Source: Heptranchias perlo
Lineage: Eukaryota
Direction of reading: 5' to 3'
Assembly: GCF_035084215.1 (NCBI RefSeq)
Contig: NC_090357.1
Coordinates: 8,742,001-8,806,000 of the forward strand
Length of the DNA: 64,000 nucleotides
Below the pieces are notes generated by a model that did no database searches, was not told the origin of the DNA, and saw nothing but the letters and a program-made list of their open reading frames with translations. The first letter of the stretch is position 1, and every line of letters begins with the position of its first letter. Below are positions 63,996 through 64,000 of this stretch, in pieces. The position numbers and the translations under genes are program-made.

Positions 63996-64000
63996 AGCGT

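Overview
Eukaryotic, repeat-rich vertebrate DNA. The repeat families suggest a cartilaginous fish (shark); this is inferred, not tested. Two genes are well supported and converge tail to tail, as in mammals. Transgelin/SM22-alpha (TAGLN, + strand) has four coding exons at 26489-31456 giving 199 aa, plus a likely non-coding exon 1 and a CArG/CRE promoter near 18.0-18.3 kb. The last four coding exons of proprotein convertase PC7 (PCSK7, - strand) lie at 51787-61573. The rest is mostly retroelements: CR1, L2 and RTE LINE fragments, Deu-type and other SINEs, and a Harbinger-like MITE. The most distinctive structure is a cluster of six young Penelope-like (Neptune-type) insertions at 9.9-22.7 kb around the TAGLN promoter. 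They carry seven complete minimal hammerhead ribozyme motifs with covarying stems, several arranged as short fold-back palindromes with target-site duplications. Other oddities are an 81-bp templated duplication inside an old palindromic element, back-to-back poly(A) signals, and several orphan exon-like segments. Most ORFs in the six-frame track are repeat-derived or spurious. Repeat boundaries are approximate, and family names come from recognition by eye, not from searches.
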